Assembly: GCA_021613535.1 (NCBI GenBank) | Contig: CP075497.1 | Span: 7,688,001 to 7,752,000 of the forward strand | Length of the DNA stretch: 64,000 bases | Reading direction: 5' to 3' | DNA from: Adineta vaga | Taxonomy: Eukaryota > Animalia > Rotifera | Part shown: positions 14,601 through 27,570 of the stretch, piece after piece | Numbering within the stretch: the stretch's first letter is position 1 | How the letters are laid out: every line of letters begins with the position of its first letter | Notes under the pieces: generated by a model | Seen by the model: the letters and a program-made list of their open reading frames with translations, nothing else | What the model was told of the DNA's origin: nothing | Database searches by the model: none | Position numbers and translations under genes: made by a program

Positions 14601-17600
14601 GGTTATCCTATTCGACATATCTTTCGAGATTTTGTTGATCGTTATCGTTTACTGGCATCGGGTATTGGACCATCTCATTGTGAAGGTGATTGTCGATTAG
14701 CAGCAGATAAAATTTGTAAAACAGTTTTAATCAATCAAGATTATCAAATTGGTAAAACAAAAGTTTTTCTTAAAGTAAGTTTGGAATGTCCAGAGATTCG
14801 ACAATTTTTCTAAATAAAACAAAAAATTCGTTTAGGATGCGCAAGATGTTTTTCTTGAACAAGCTCGTGAACAAGTAATGGCTCGAAAAATTCTTATTTT
14901 ACAAAATTCTATTCGTCAGTGGATTGCTCGTCGACAATTTCTTACTATACGTCAAAGTGTTTCATTGATTCAACGTTATTGTAAAAGTCATCGAGAAGTA
15001 AAACGTTTTCAAATTATGTGTAACGGTTTTACACGTTTACAAACACAATTTCATACTCGTATGTTAACACTTCGTTATTCAGTTTTACGTTCACGTATAT
15101 TGAATATTCAACGTTATTGTCGTGGTTATCTTGGTAAGAATAAAATATGAAATTTCCATAGATTTCAATTCATTGTTTGTATTTTAGCTCGACAAAATTA
15201 TGGTCGAAAAGTAAATGCAATACTTATGTTACAAGCAGAAGTCCGACGACATATTGCTCAAAAACAAATGCGACGTTTTCGTATTGAAGAGAAAATGTTT
15301 CGCGAAGCTGAACAAGAACGATTTGAAGAAGAAAAACGTTTAATACCCTCATTAGGTGTTAAACGTGCAAAAGAAGAAGCCGAAAGAAAATATCAAGAAC
15401 GTTTAAAACTTCTTGAACGTGAAATTCATGAACAAGAACGTCTTGAACAACAACGTGCAAAAGAAAAACGTCTTTTAATGGAACGAAAAAATTATACGGA
15501 TGAAAATGATCTCTTTAATAATATGTTTCCATCGTTGAACGATGAACGTACAACACCAACGCATCGTCCAACTACAGTTACAACAGGTGGTATGCAATCA
15601 ACATTGGGCAATATGCCACAATCAATGGATAATGTTGAACGAATTGATAAACCATTGCCATTACCTGATCAAGATGAAGATTTAAAAGAATATACATTTG
15701 CAAAATTTGCTTCGACATATTTTCAAGGAAATGCAGCACCACATTTTACAAAGAAAACTCTCAAACAACCATTATTAGCAATCAAATCAGAACGCGATCA
15801 ACTGGTTTGTTGAATTTTATAAGACAAGTTGAAAGATCTCTCATCTATAATCAATAGAATAGTAGAGTTAACTGAAAAGTTAATGAGTTCAATTCGTGAT
15901 AGAGATTTCGTTGAGATGAACTAAATGACCGATGTTAATCCTTTGATAAACAATATTTGTTTGTTTGTTTGAAACATGTCTTTTTCTTTCTGTTAATTAG
16001 GCGGCTTTAGCGATTTGGATAACAATTCTCCGATTTATGTGTGATTTGCCTGATGTTCGTACTCCAACGACTGTTCATCAAAAACAATCCGTAATGACAA
16101 AAATTCATTCGACACTTGGAAGAAAATTTAATAAAAAAGATTTAGAAGAAGCTCAAAAATTAAGTGAATCTATCGATAATCAACCATCGATAACCTCACC
16201 AGATAATTCATTATCTATTATGACGAATAATAATAACAATAATACTAGTTCATCACCAACATCGAATAAAACATCATCACGTTCAGTTAAACAAAAACTA
16301 GTTAATATGACATTAAAACGAAAATCAAAATTATCAACCGATGTCGCAATAACACGTTTGAAAGATTTAGATCTTTTAAGTTCAACTCAACAAATCAAAA
16401 TGTCTGGTATGAATCCATTTCTTGAAGATCGGCCAACATCCAATTTAGAAAAATTACATTTCATCATCGGTCTTGGTATTCATGTTGCTGAATTACGGGA
16501 TGAAATTTACTGTCAAATATGTAAACAATTAACATCGAATCCATCGACACAGTCAATTGCACGTGGTTGGATTTTACTTTCATTATGTGTTGGATGTTTT
16601 GCACCATCATCAAAATTAATTAAATATTTACAAAATTTTATCTTAAATGGCCCAAGTGGTTTTCCAAAATATTGTTATGAAAGATTATCAAGAACAATGA
16701 TGAATGGATTACGAACACAGCCACCTTCATGGCTTGAATTACAGGTAAAACAATTCACATGTAAATCAATAATATATTTTTATTTCTAGGCCACTAAACA
16801 TAAAGAACCATTGTTACTTCAAATAACATTTATGGATGGTAGTTCCAAAGCTTTAAAAGCTGATTCTGCTACAACAGCACGTGAATTATGTGATTTATTA
16901 GCTGAAAAGATTAATTTAGTCGATAAATTCGGTTTTTCATTGTATATTGCATTATTTGATAAAGTCTCATCACTCGGTTCGGGGATGGATCATGTTATGG
17001 ATGCTATATCACAATGTGAACAATATGCAAAAGAACAAGGCACATTAGAAAAAATAGCACCATGGAGATTATTCTTTCGAAAGGAAATCTTTGCACCATG
17101 GCATAATCCACAAGATGATTCAGTTGCAACGAATTTAATCTATCAACAAGTTGTTCGAGGAATTAAATTTGGAGAATATCGCTGTGAAAAAGGTAAGAAA
17201 AAATATCTCACGTTCAATCTTTTCGAACTCTCTCTCTCTCTCTCTGTTTTGTTTTCATAGATGATGATTTAGCAATGATTGCTGCGCAACAATATTACAT
17301 TGAATATGGACAAGAAATGCATGTGGATCGTTTACGTGAATTACTTCCTCATTACATACCTGATAATCAACTTGTTCCAAATAAAGCAACAGAACGTTGG
17401 TTACAAATTATTATTCATGCTCAAAAACGTCATTTTAGTAATCCAAAAGATTCAATTTCTGTTCTACGTGTTAAAGAAGATGTTGTTAATTATGCTCGAT
17501 TCAAATGGCCATTATTATTTTCACGTTTTTATGAAGCATATAAATTCTCTGGACCAACTTTACCGAAAAATGAAGTGATCATTGCTGTTAATTGGACAGG

Positions 17601-20311
17601 TGTCTATGTTATTGATGATCAAGAACAAGTTTTACTTGAATTATCATTTCCAGAAATTACTCAAGTTCTTAGTAGTAAAGCATCTGGAAGACAACAAAGT
17701 AATAGCTTTACAATAATTACTATTAAAAATGATGAATATACATTTACATCCAATAATGCTGATGATATACGTGATTTAGTTATAAATTTCTTAGATGGTT
17801 TAAAACGTAAATCAAAATATGTTGTTGTCATACAAGATTTTGATCCATCAGGATCAGGTTTAGCTATACGACGTGGTGATCTAATAACAATCGAAGAAGA
17901 TTCACGTACGAATCAAACAGGTAGCTTTTTTGGTTATAATGAACGCACAGGCTCAACCGGTGAATTTCCGAGTGAATGCGTTTATATTCTACCAACATTA
18001 TCTAAACCACCACAAGATATTCTTCAAATTTTTGCATTACAATGGACAGATATCAATCAACAGCAAGCACAAAATGAACATCTATTTGCATTAAATGGAA
18101 ATAATGATGGTGAATTTCTACCAGAACAAGGTTATACATTAGAAAAATATGCGGAAACAAATTTTCGTTTATCACCAAAACGAACATGGTCAAATACATT
18201 TACACGACGTGGTAGTATGAATAATACAGGTGAACGTTTATGGGCTTTTCAAAAGGAACCCTTACGACAACCGTTATTGAAAAAATTACAAGAAAAACTC
18301 GAATTAAGCGAAGAAGCTTGTTCGTGTTTTATGAATATATTGAAATATATGGGCGATTATCAAACTGGTCTACGACGAAGAGCAACAAATGAATTAACAG
18401 ATGCTATTTTCGATCCAGCATTAAAACATGTATGTATTCGAATAAAATGAAATTCTAGTGAACAAATTAAACAATAGATGATAGATCAGATGATAAAACG
18501 GATATAGAAACTAATAGATTTTTCATTCTCTTGATTCAAATTGACATATGAATTAAATAGATCTATCTTCTTTATCAAATTCAATTAAATAACTCGTCAA
18601 TCTTAATAATGAAATGCATCGAATTATAGATTCTTTCTTTTTTTTATCGTAGGAAATCCTTAAAGATGAAATCTTTTGTCAAATTGTTAAACAATTAACT
18701 GATAACGGTAATCAAGCAAGTGAATCACGTGGTTGGGAATTAATGTGGTTAGCAAGTGGATGTTTTGCTCCAAGTGCTGTTTTACTCAAAGAAGTCAATC
18801 TTTTTCTCCGTTCACGTAAACATCAATTAGCTGCTGATTGTTTCGCACGATTACAACGAACATTGAAGTAATTTTATCTGTCTGAAAAGTTGTCTTTTAT
18901 TAGTTCTCTTGATTTTTAGAAATGGTCAACGTAAACATCCGCCGCATCAAGTTGAAGTTGAAGCTATACAACATATGACAACACAAATCTATCATAAAGT
19001 CTATTTTCCTGATGATACATCCGAAGCATTTGAAGTTGATTCATCAACACGTGCAAAAGATTTCTGTCGAAATATTGCTGATCGACTTAAATTACAATCA
19101 AGTGAAGGTTTTAGTTTATTTGTCAAGATTCTCGATAAAGTTATTAGTGTACCCGAAGGAGATTTCTTCTTTGATTTTGTTCGACATTTAACAGTAAGAC
19201 ATTCATTTTCTCAATAGAATACCCAATATTCTTTGTAGGAATGGATTAAAAAAACGAAACAACGCGAAGATCCACCAAAATATACTTATCAAATATTTTT
19301 CATGAGAAAATTATGGACAAATGCTGTACCAGGAAAAGATAGAATGGCAGATATTATATTTCATTATCATCAAGTATGACTATATATATAGTATCAATAA
19401 AAATATGAAAATATTTGAATTTCGTTTATAGGAACTTCCAAAATTAATTCGTGGTTATCATAAATGTTCAATTGATGAAGCTGTTCAATTAGCCGCTTGT
19501 ATATATCGTGTTCGATTCGGTGATAGTTCAGCTCAATTTGAAAATCTTCAGTATATTTAAATATTGGAAATGTTTCTTTCTATTCTAAAATCGATTTATC
19601 TTTTAGATTGAAAGATCTTCTACCATCAGATCTTATTGATAAACTTCCATATGCTGAGTGGAAAAAAGTAAGTTCTATCATTGACTTATTTTTATTGAAA
19701 ATGATGATGAATTTCTTCCTAGCATATAATAACTGCTCATGGTCAATCTCGTAATATGTCATCAGAAGATGCAAAAATCAAATTTTTGAAAATAGTCTAT
19801 CAGTGGACAACATTTGGTTCAGCATTTTTTGAAGTTAAAGTATGGAAAGACAAGAAATCAAAAATGACATATGAATTGTTTGTTTGTTTTTTTTAGCAAA
19901 CAACAGATCCATCATTTCCTGAACAGTTATTGATTGCAATTAATAAAAATGGTGTAAATTTAATTCATCCGAAAACAAAAGATTTACTTATGACATATCC
20001 ATTTACAAGCATTTCAAATTGGTCAAGTGGAAATACTTATTTCAATATGGTCAGTTAAAATCTCTTTTTTTGGGTTTTTTTCCGAGAAAAAAATGTTTCA
20101 ATTGGACTTTTTAGACGGTGGGTGAAATTGTTCGTGGTAGTCGTTTATTATGTGAATCACCATTGGTAAGTTTAATTATAAGAGAAGTAAACAAAAATAT
20201 AGAACTTTCTTTTAGGGTTATAAAATGGATGATCTTTTAACATCTTATATTAGTCTAATGGTACAAACAATGCATCGTCAATCGATAAATGGATCGAGTT
20301 CTCGACAATAA
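11609..20311 (+). CDS. MYO7A: Unconventional myosin VIIa (motor-IQ-SAH-MyTH4-FERM-SH3-MyTH4-FERM), multi-exon
   Basis: GDHVWVD N-terminus, P-loop [39 protein letters not shown] repeats, ER/K helix, two MyTH4-FERM modules, and C-terminal [13 protein letters not shown]. Confidence 0.95.
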
Positions 20312-21983
20312 ATAATGTTTTTCTCTGTTCATTAACATTTATTTTATTTTTTTTCTCTCTCTCTCTCGCTTTGTTTTACTCACATTGTGCATTCTAATTC
20401 GACATCTTTTTCTTTCTTTTCAATTTGATGATAATAACTCATATATACATATGCTATATACATTCTCAATGATGACGACGTTTTCTTTTTTGTTTGTGCT
20501 TTTTTTGTTTCGCAATACACACTTGTACTAATGTGTGATTTAATGTAAGTGAAAAAAAAATATGAATAGATACCCTTCTGTTATTGTTATTTGACTTATC
20601 GATGAATATCTGGAGGGAATTATTCTCCTCTGATTTCCGTCGTTGTATAGTCGAGACTAATGACAAAGTATCTATGCAAATTCTATAGAAAATCGCGTAC
20701 ATTTGATATACATTTTCCGATCGACCAAAACGATCAGTAAGCAATCGATTTATAAGATCATTTCCTTATTGATTATCATACGGAAAATCTTGAGATTTTC
20801 TTTACATTATTATCTTTGTATTTATATTCATTGAAAAGATAGATCTTCTTCTTTGTTTAATAAGAATATAAATATTCATAGTTAATCTATTCGTAACGAT
20901 CGGCTTTAGGATAATTTTCATACATAAATATCATGTAAAGAGAGATTTTTCTTCTTAGAAAACTAAATGTATGATTTGACGTATGATGTCAAAGAGAACG
21001 CTTATTTTCTATTTCTTCGAAGAAAAAAAAAAGTTGACAGACTTCTATCTCATCAATAACTACTGCCTGTCAACATATCTTTCCTAATCAACTCACATTT
21101 CCGTATTCTTTCAATAGAAACTATTCTTTTTTTTACTAGTCAACATATTTTTGACTTCAGACGATCGTTAACAAAATCGTGCTGCCTTTATTCGACGATT
21201 GAGAACTTAGTTACAAATCTTACATGAATAGAAGACTTTACCCGTAAATATCTGCTTTGATCTTACTTAGTTAGATTTCAAACAAAGAAGTTTCTTTTTT
21301 AAGTAAGTTGTTATCTTTTTACTTATTCTTCTTACTTAATTTGCTTTTGTCTATGAATAGCACGCACAGATCTTTTGTTCGGAATATTCTAATACATCTT
21401 TGAAGTATAATCATACATGAAGAACATTAGTAGTTTGTCAATATCAAAAAAAGATTTCGTCAATGGATCAAACTATCTATTATACATAAAATAAACATTT
21501 TCTCGTAATTGCATTTGATGATGTATTTAACCTTGTTTCGTATCGATGTATGGAAGCATTTATAGAATATCTATTTTTCTTCACTAGATAATAATCGTAT
21601 TTATTCATGAACGAATAACAAAGAACAGTGTTTTCATTCCTTGTCCATTAGTACAATATTAATCATAGATTTCGTGAGGTGCGTGTGGGTACATCGATTG
21701 TTTTTTGAAAACTGATGTGAATCTGATTCATTTCGATTCTTTTTTTATTAACTTATTTAGTGTCAATCTCTTCATTGTATGTTACATTTACTTAAAAGCT
21801 TCTATTTAAGTAAGAGTCAACTTTTTTTTATTGACACTGACAGATCACAGATAAAAATAAAAACGTTTCTATTCTTTTTATGATATTTCGTATTAACGAC
21901 TAACCAACAATTTTTATTGTTATTCATCATGATAGGTAATACATTCAGAATTGCGTAGGACTGATGTAAAAATATATACATAC

Positions 21984-22014
<31 letters not shown>

Positions 22015-22520
22015 AAGAGAGATAGAAAAGAGTGTTGTATTCTAGTGGGTATAAACTCAAACGATTTGCAGTGTGAAAATGAGTGTTTGCGAGCGCGAGA
22101 CACAAATGACAAGTGTTTCAATATAGCAGAAGCGGTGAGTAGGAAGAAATGAGACAGCACAGAAGATGCACACATACTAAGCACTGCTGCTGATTCAATC
22201 TTAACCATTAGTTCTCTCTTCCTTTTACTGAAACTTTCTTTCTCTTTTTTCTCTCTTCTTCGTCTTTTTCTGACATCTTCTTCGCAGTTCTTCAACACTG
22301 TTGTCTCACTTGTGATCACTCTTAATTGTATCTTGTTTCTCTTCTTTCAGGTCGAATAAACGCTGCATCTCATATATATATATATAAATATACGTTTAGA
22401 AACACGAGAAAATAATTAACATAGTCGTTTAATACTTCATTATACCTTAAAAGGTTTTTCTTTCTTTCTATTACCATCTACAATAATTATTGAAACATCT
22501 ATTGATTATAAAATACAGCT

Positions 22521-23277
22521 ATGGCAAATGGTTGCTGTAATAATGCGTCATGTACTGATCGAGAAACACAATTACGTTTAGCAAGACTTCGAGAAGAATT
22601 GTTAACTAATTTTAATAGTTTACTATTAGATCGAATTCGTTTTCTTGAACAAACAATTAGTCAATTATCATCGTCAGTATTATCATCATCATCAGCAGCA
22701 GTAGAGCAGCAGCAATGCCACCGGTGGCAACAACAGCCACATATACAAGCATGACACGAACACCGCGGGTACAGAACGTCTTTCCACATCATCAATTCTT
22801 CGACGTAGTTCATCAACAACAACTTATTTTCTTCAAAGTCCTTTAAATCAAGCAATAGTAGGAAATGTTGCTGGTGCACGTTCATGTCCATCAAGTGTTG
22901 ATCTTTCAACTAGTGAAGAACGACGATCGAGATTTTTTTCATCGAAGAAAACTGCTCGATCACAAACAAGAACATCATCTGAAAGTAATACGAATTATTT
23001 ATCAATACCAATGGATGCACAAATATCAACATTGACTAATGATTTCAATTCGAATCCGAGTAGTACGAATGAAAAAGGACGACTTGAATCACGACGTTTT
23101 GCATGTGATGTTGATGATAATGAAATACGTGCATTCAAAGCAATGGTCTATATGGAACAAGCACGAAAACAACATGCACGACCACTAACTCGTTTGCGAC
23201 AAGCATTGGGCATATCAACTAATTCAACTGCAGGAAACTATACATTTCATGGGCCAAAAAAACATTCGAATGCTTAA
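22521..23277 (+). CDS. Hypothetical protein (N-terminal coiled coil, Ser-rich), reading frame interrupted near 22703 and 22768
   Basis: ORFs 22521-22754 and 22705-23277 can be joined through a third frame (AAAMPPVATTATYTSMTRTPR) with host-like codon use. Confidence 0.55.
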
Positions 23278-24327
23278 ACTAATTACAGATATTTCTGTCT
23301 TAAATTAATGTAAATTAATTTTGATGTTTTGTTCCAAAGAAAAAGCCGATGATAAAATCAAAACATATCTATTTATTTTAGATTTCGAGTAAAAAGAAGG
23401 TAAAACTATTTCATTTTCTCTTCCTAGAAAAATTGCATTTCTTTTCCAAAAAATCAATTATTGATCAGTATGGATATTAATAAAGTTATTTCTAGTCGAA
23501 TTGATTCTAATTCGTTTTCGATCTTCTTTTCCATTGAATATAGAAAAGAGAAAGGTGATTTAGTCTATATTTACAATTCATTATTATGATCTGAACATTT
23601 TAGAAATAATGGTTATCAAATATCATTATTTTCTGACAAATAATTTTACCTCGACTACGATGTAAATCCTTTACTATTGACATAGTTAAATAGAAGATTG
23701 AATAAACTAAGAAATATTGATATAAATGTTGCTAGAATTAACAAATAGTTATTATTTAAGTGTATGAGAAGAACACTTATGAAAAGACGACAAGTGTTAT
23801 GTATGGATCAGTTTAGATGCAAGAATTCTTTGAATGTTATTCAGAAAAATAATTATTTTCCAAATCTTTTGCATGAATTACATCGAATTGATTGAAATAG
23901 TAGCTATTTTTTTCAATAATAAATATGTTTTGTTGTCGAAAATATTTAGTACATATTCATTTGATATCTTCGGACGACTATCATTTAACATAATGTTTAT
24001 AACAAAGTGAAATTCGAACTATTGGACTCTTTCATGATGTATAACAACACGAACTTACGAATAGATTAAGTAAGATCTGAGACGCAATAAATAAAAGATA
24101 GAGTTTCATATTTTTTTTTAACAACTGTAATTTTAGACTTAAAATAAATAATGGTATATCTGAAAACTTAACATTATTTTCCATAACAAATATGGAGGTT
24201 TTCGATGTCAGCTAAATAATTTCAGAAATACTTGGATACAATCAATCATTGTAGGAAATCAGCGACCTCTATTGTCCAAAAACTTCTTATAAATCAGTTT
24301 TTCACCAATCCAAAATAAGATGATCAC

Positions 24328-24348
24328 GATTCGATTCGATTCGATTCG
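24328..24348. repeat. (GATTC)n pentanucleotide microsatellite
   Basis: GATTCGATTCGATTCGATTCG. Confidence 0.7.
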
Positions 24349-24566
24349 GTCGATCAAATACCATATTTGATTCTTTCAATTCCAGTTTTTCATATTTAGT
24401 TCGATTGTGCCTTGTAAATGATGCACAAACAACTTTGTCAACTTACTGTAGTTATCCTCATTCTATATGATGCAAAAATGTGCAATACAATTCGATTATA
24501 GGACGAATAAGAGAAATGATTCTTTCATAAACAACTCACATAAATAAGGCATTTTTGTATTTGTAG

Positions 24567-25766
24567 ATGACAACTATATCATTTAAAGCAATACCTATTT
24601 CTAATTCAACTGTAACGAGTGCAGCTCGTCTTGGTGAATTAGCATTTTCATCTATTCCAAAAATGATTGAAACACCAGCTGCAATGCTTTATGTACGTTC
24701 CGGTGTTGTACCTGATGTAACTTATGATTTTATACCTGATAATGTAACTCGTCTACTTGAAATTCCACTTGGAAGTTTAGTAGAATCAATGACAAATTTA
24801 GAAAATGCAGAATCATATGCAAATTTTGCTCGATTAACTGATCCTATTTATTGTCCATTCCATGATTCCTTAGTTGAATTACGTCCCGGTGGAAATGGGA
24901 ATCTCTTTTCAAGTTTATGGACAAAATCTGGTCGAAAAGAATTAAATATTGATCGATTTAAAAAATTAATTCAACTTGTTCAACCAACAATGTATGAAAC
25001 AATGTTTGATGGTGATACACCATTCGATAAAACAACCGACAAACGTTTTACGAAAGATCGTGAAAGAAGTCGACGTTTTCTTGAAAGTTCATTAGAAGAA
25101 AAACTGATGCCATCAAATTCGATTATTCCACTTGTTGGTGGACATGATAAACGTCATAGACAATTATATTTGAATGAAATTCTCCGAATTTTACCAACAC
25201 ATGAGAAGAATATATATGGTGTTAGTTTTGAAGGTATTCATCCGTATGGTCCTATAACTGAACATCTCAATTTAGAATCAGTGAAATCAATGATTGAAGA
25301 AACAAGAACGAAATTAAATGAACATAAAAATCTTCTTTATACAATGCCACTTCTTTGGCGACCAGATAATGTAGTTCGTGGAATTGATTTAGGTTTAGAT
25401 CTTTTTTCAGGTGCTTATGTTCCATATGTATCCGATCGATTTATTATATTAACATTTCAATATAATACAAATATGTCTTCAAATTCTTACGGTGCAGATT
25501 ATAATATCAATTCGAAAGAATATTTCAATGGTAAACAACCATTACTAACGAATTGTCAATGTTATGCTTGTAAAAATTATAGTCAAGCATATGTTTATCA
25601 TTTAATTCAAACAAAAGAATTACTTGGTCGAACATTGATTACAATTCATAATCTTTATCATTATCATGAATTTTTTCGACAAATTCGACAAAACTTAAAG
25701 AATAATACATGGAATGAATATCGAACAATGATACTTGAACAGTATCCAATTTCTCAACAGAAATGA
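24567..25766 (+). CDS. QTRT2: Queuine tRNA-ribosyltransferase accessory subunit, intronless CDS
   Basis: ARLGEL..IETPAAMLYVRSGVVP, C-terminal zinc site CQCYACKNYSQAYVYHL..IHN. It lacks the DSGG motif of the catalytic subunit QTRT1. Confidence 0.9.
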   Translation: MTTISFKAIPISNSTVTSAARLGELAFSSIPKMIETPAAMLYVRSGVVPDVTYDFIPDNVTRLLEIPLGSLVESMTNLENAESYANFARLTDPIYCPFHDSLVELRPGGNGNLFSSLWTKSGRKELNIDRFKKLIQLVQPTMYETMFDGDTPFDKTTDKRFTKDRERSRRFLESSLEEKLMPSNSIIPLVGGHDKRHRQLYLNEILRILPTHEKNIYGVSFEGIHPYGPITEHLNLESVKSMIEETRTKLNEHKNLLYTMPLLWRPDNVVRGIDLGLDLFSGAYVPYVSDRFIILTFQYNTNMSSNSYGADYNINSKEYFNGKQPLLTNCQCYACKNYSQAYVYHLIQTKELLGRTLITIHNLYHYHEFFRQIRQNLKNNTWNEYRTMILEQYPISQQK

Positions 25767-27570
25767 TCAATACCTGTTACCATTTTTGTAGTAAAATTTC
25801 TTCTTCTTCTTCTTCTTCTTTGTTTTGAAAGAAAATGTTCCCATTGAAAAGAAAAAGAATGTAATAAAATGTGATACAATGAAAACATTTAATACCGATA
25901 TCTTTCTTTCCTATAGTTTTCATTCTTATTGAATACTATTTAACTTGTTTTTTTAGTGAATGATTTGTTGCATGAAGAAACAATTAAAACAGGTAGAATA
26001 AATGTTCGTGTCGTATTGATTATAATTGCTGTCAATCTTTACTTTCAGATTCAATTGAATCTGGTTCTATATCTTTCTGACGTTCTCAAAGTTTATGTTA
26101 ACACGATACGTTTGTTTTTCTAGATAATATCGAATTCTTTGTATTACTTTATCTTTTGTTATTGGTCAAGCAACTTTACTTCTTATAAATCATTTATTAC
26201 CGGTTATCCCAGTCATACTACTATATATTCATTAGGAAAGCAATGACAACGAGACCTCTTCTATACTAGAGCACCGAATGGATTGGGATGAACTTCGCTT
26301 TCCATCACAGTTTGATATACTATTATTTCACGAAAGGAAAGAGAGATTTTTCTTCATACATGCACTTCATTAGCACACATGAGATAGATTCCGTAATATC
26401 TTTCCCATTAAGATTGTCTAGTGATACAAAAAAGTATATGCCTAATTTTTCTATGTTAGAAGTCTCATTAGGTCAATACTATTATGATGTTATTATACCT
26501 TTGTAGTTGGAAAACCTACATGAAGGCAACAAATCAATGAAAATAATAAACGACCATCCGAAGAAGATTAGCTTATATCCTAAAAGCATCTACAAGTCCT
26601 TTCTAGTGATAGTATTTAGGATATAATAAAAGATATCTGTCAACAGGAAATGAAGTATCATTAAACTATGATCGATTCCCTCAAACTTATCAGATACTGT
26701 GGATTTTTATCAACAAATTCATATCGGCTGTCTTAAGAAAGAAGGATCAGTTTATGTTTCAAATCACAAATATCTGACAAATTGAATTACTAAGATCGAA
26801 AAATTACAGGTATTTAGTTTTGTTTCTTAGAGAGTCAGGCGTACCACATGATTATTCATTGAGAGAGATTAAATGTCAATTAGGCTCATGAAATATAAGA
26901 AGAAACGAAAATATTAAGACACGAGGATTGCGAGTACAACACAAAAATCTGTAAAGAAATGACGATGCTTTACTGCGCATATTGTACCGCGGGATGGGAT
27001 GAACTCGACCATTCCATCACATTCGAAGCCGTATCGTACACAATTCGACAGAACATACTTGACAATGATACTAAATTTTTCAATCAATTCAATTCCTTGA
27101 CGTCTGAAAATACTTTTCGAAAAACAGAAATGTAAACATAAAACTTATATAGTTTACATAATCTATGTAACTGGATAATAATAAGAAGATAAGAGAAAAA
27201 ACATCAGCAAATAATAAATAATGATAAATCGAAAAATAACGTTGTCAATACAAATGAATAGACTAAATATATTTCATTTCATTTCAGATGTACTTTAATA
27301 ATTAATTAAAATCAAATAATTATAAATAAAAATGGATACAAAAAGGTGAAATATTTTGCTTCGCTTTTCTATTATACGTAAGCTAGAGAAAAGAGGTGAA
27401 TCTTGGTCTTTGTATTCTTTCCTTGATGTATTAACTGCGTGATTGATGATATTATAATGACAAAAAACAACAATAGATAAAAGAAAAACGTGTAAAATCC
27501 GCATAATACAGCAATATGGAGACGTGACAAGGATTATATTTTTGTTTACATATTTACCGTATTTTAAGTT

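Noticed and set aside
22745-22760. ODC antizyme gene (GCA-TGA-C +1 site)
   Set aside because: The downstream frame lacks antizyme motifs, and two deletions explain the frames better.
23400-24100. Possible decayed minus-strand coding sequence
   Set aside because: Only short stop-interrupted fragments with no identifiable motif.
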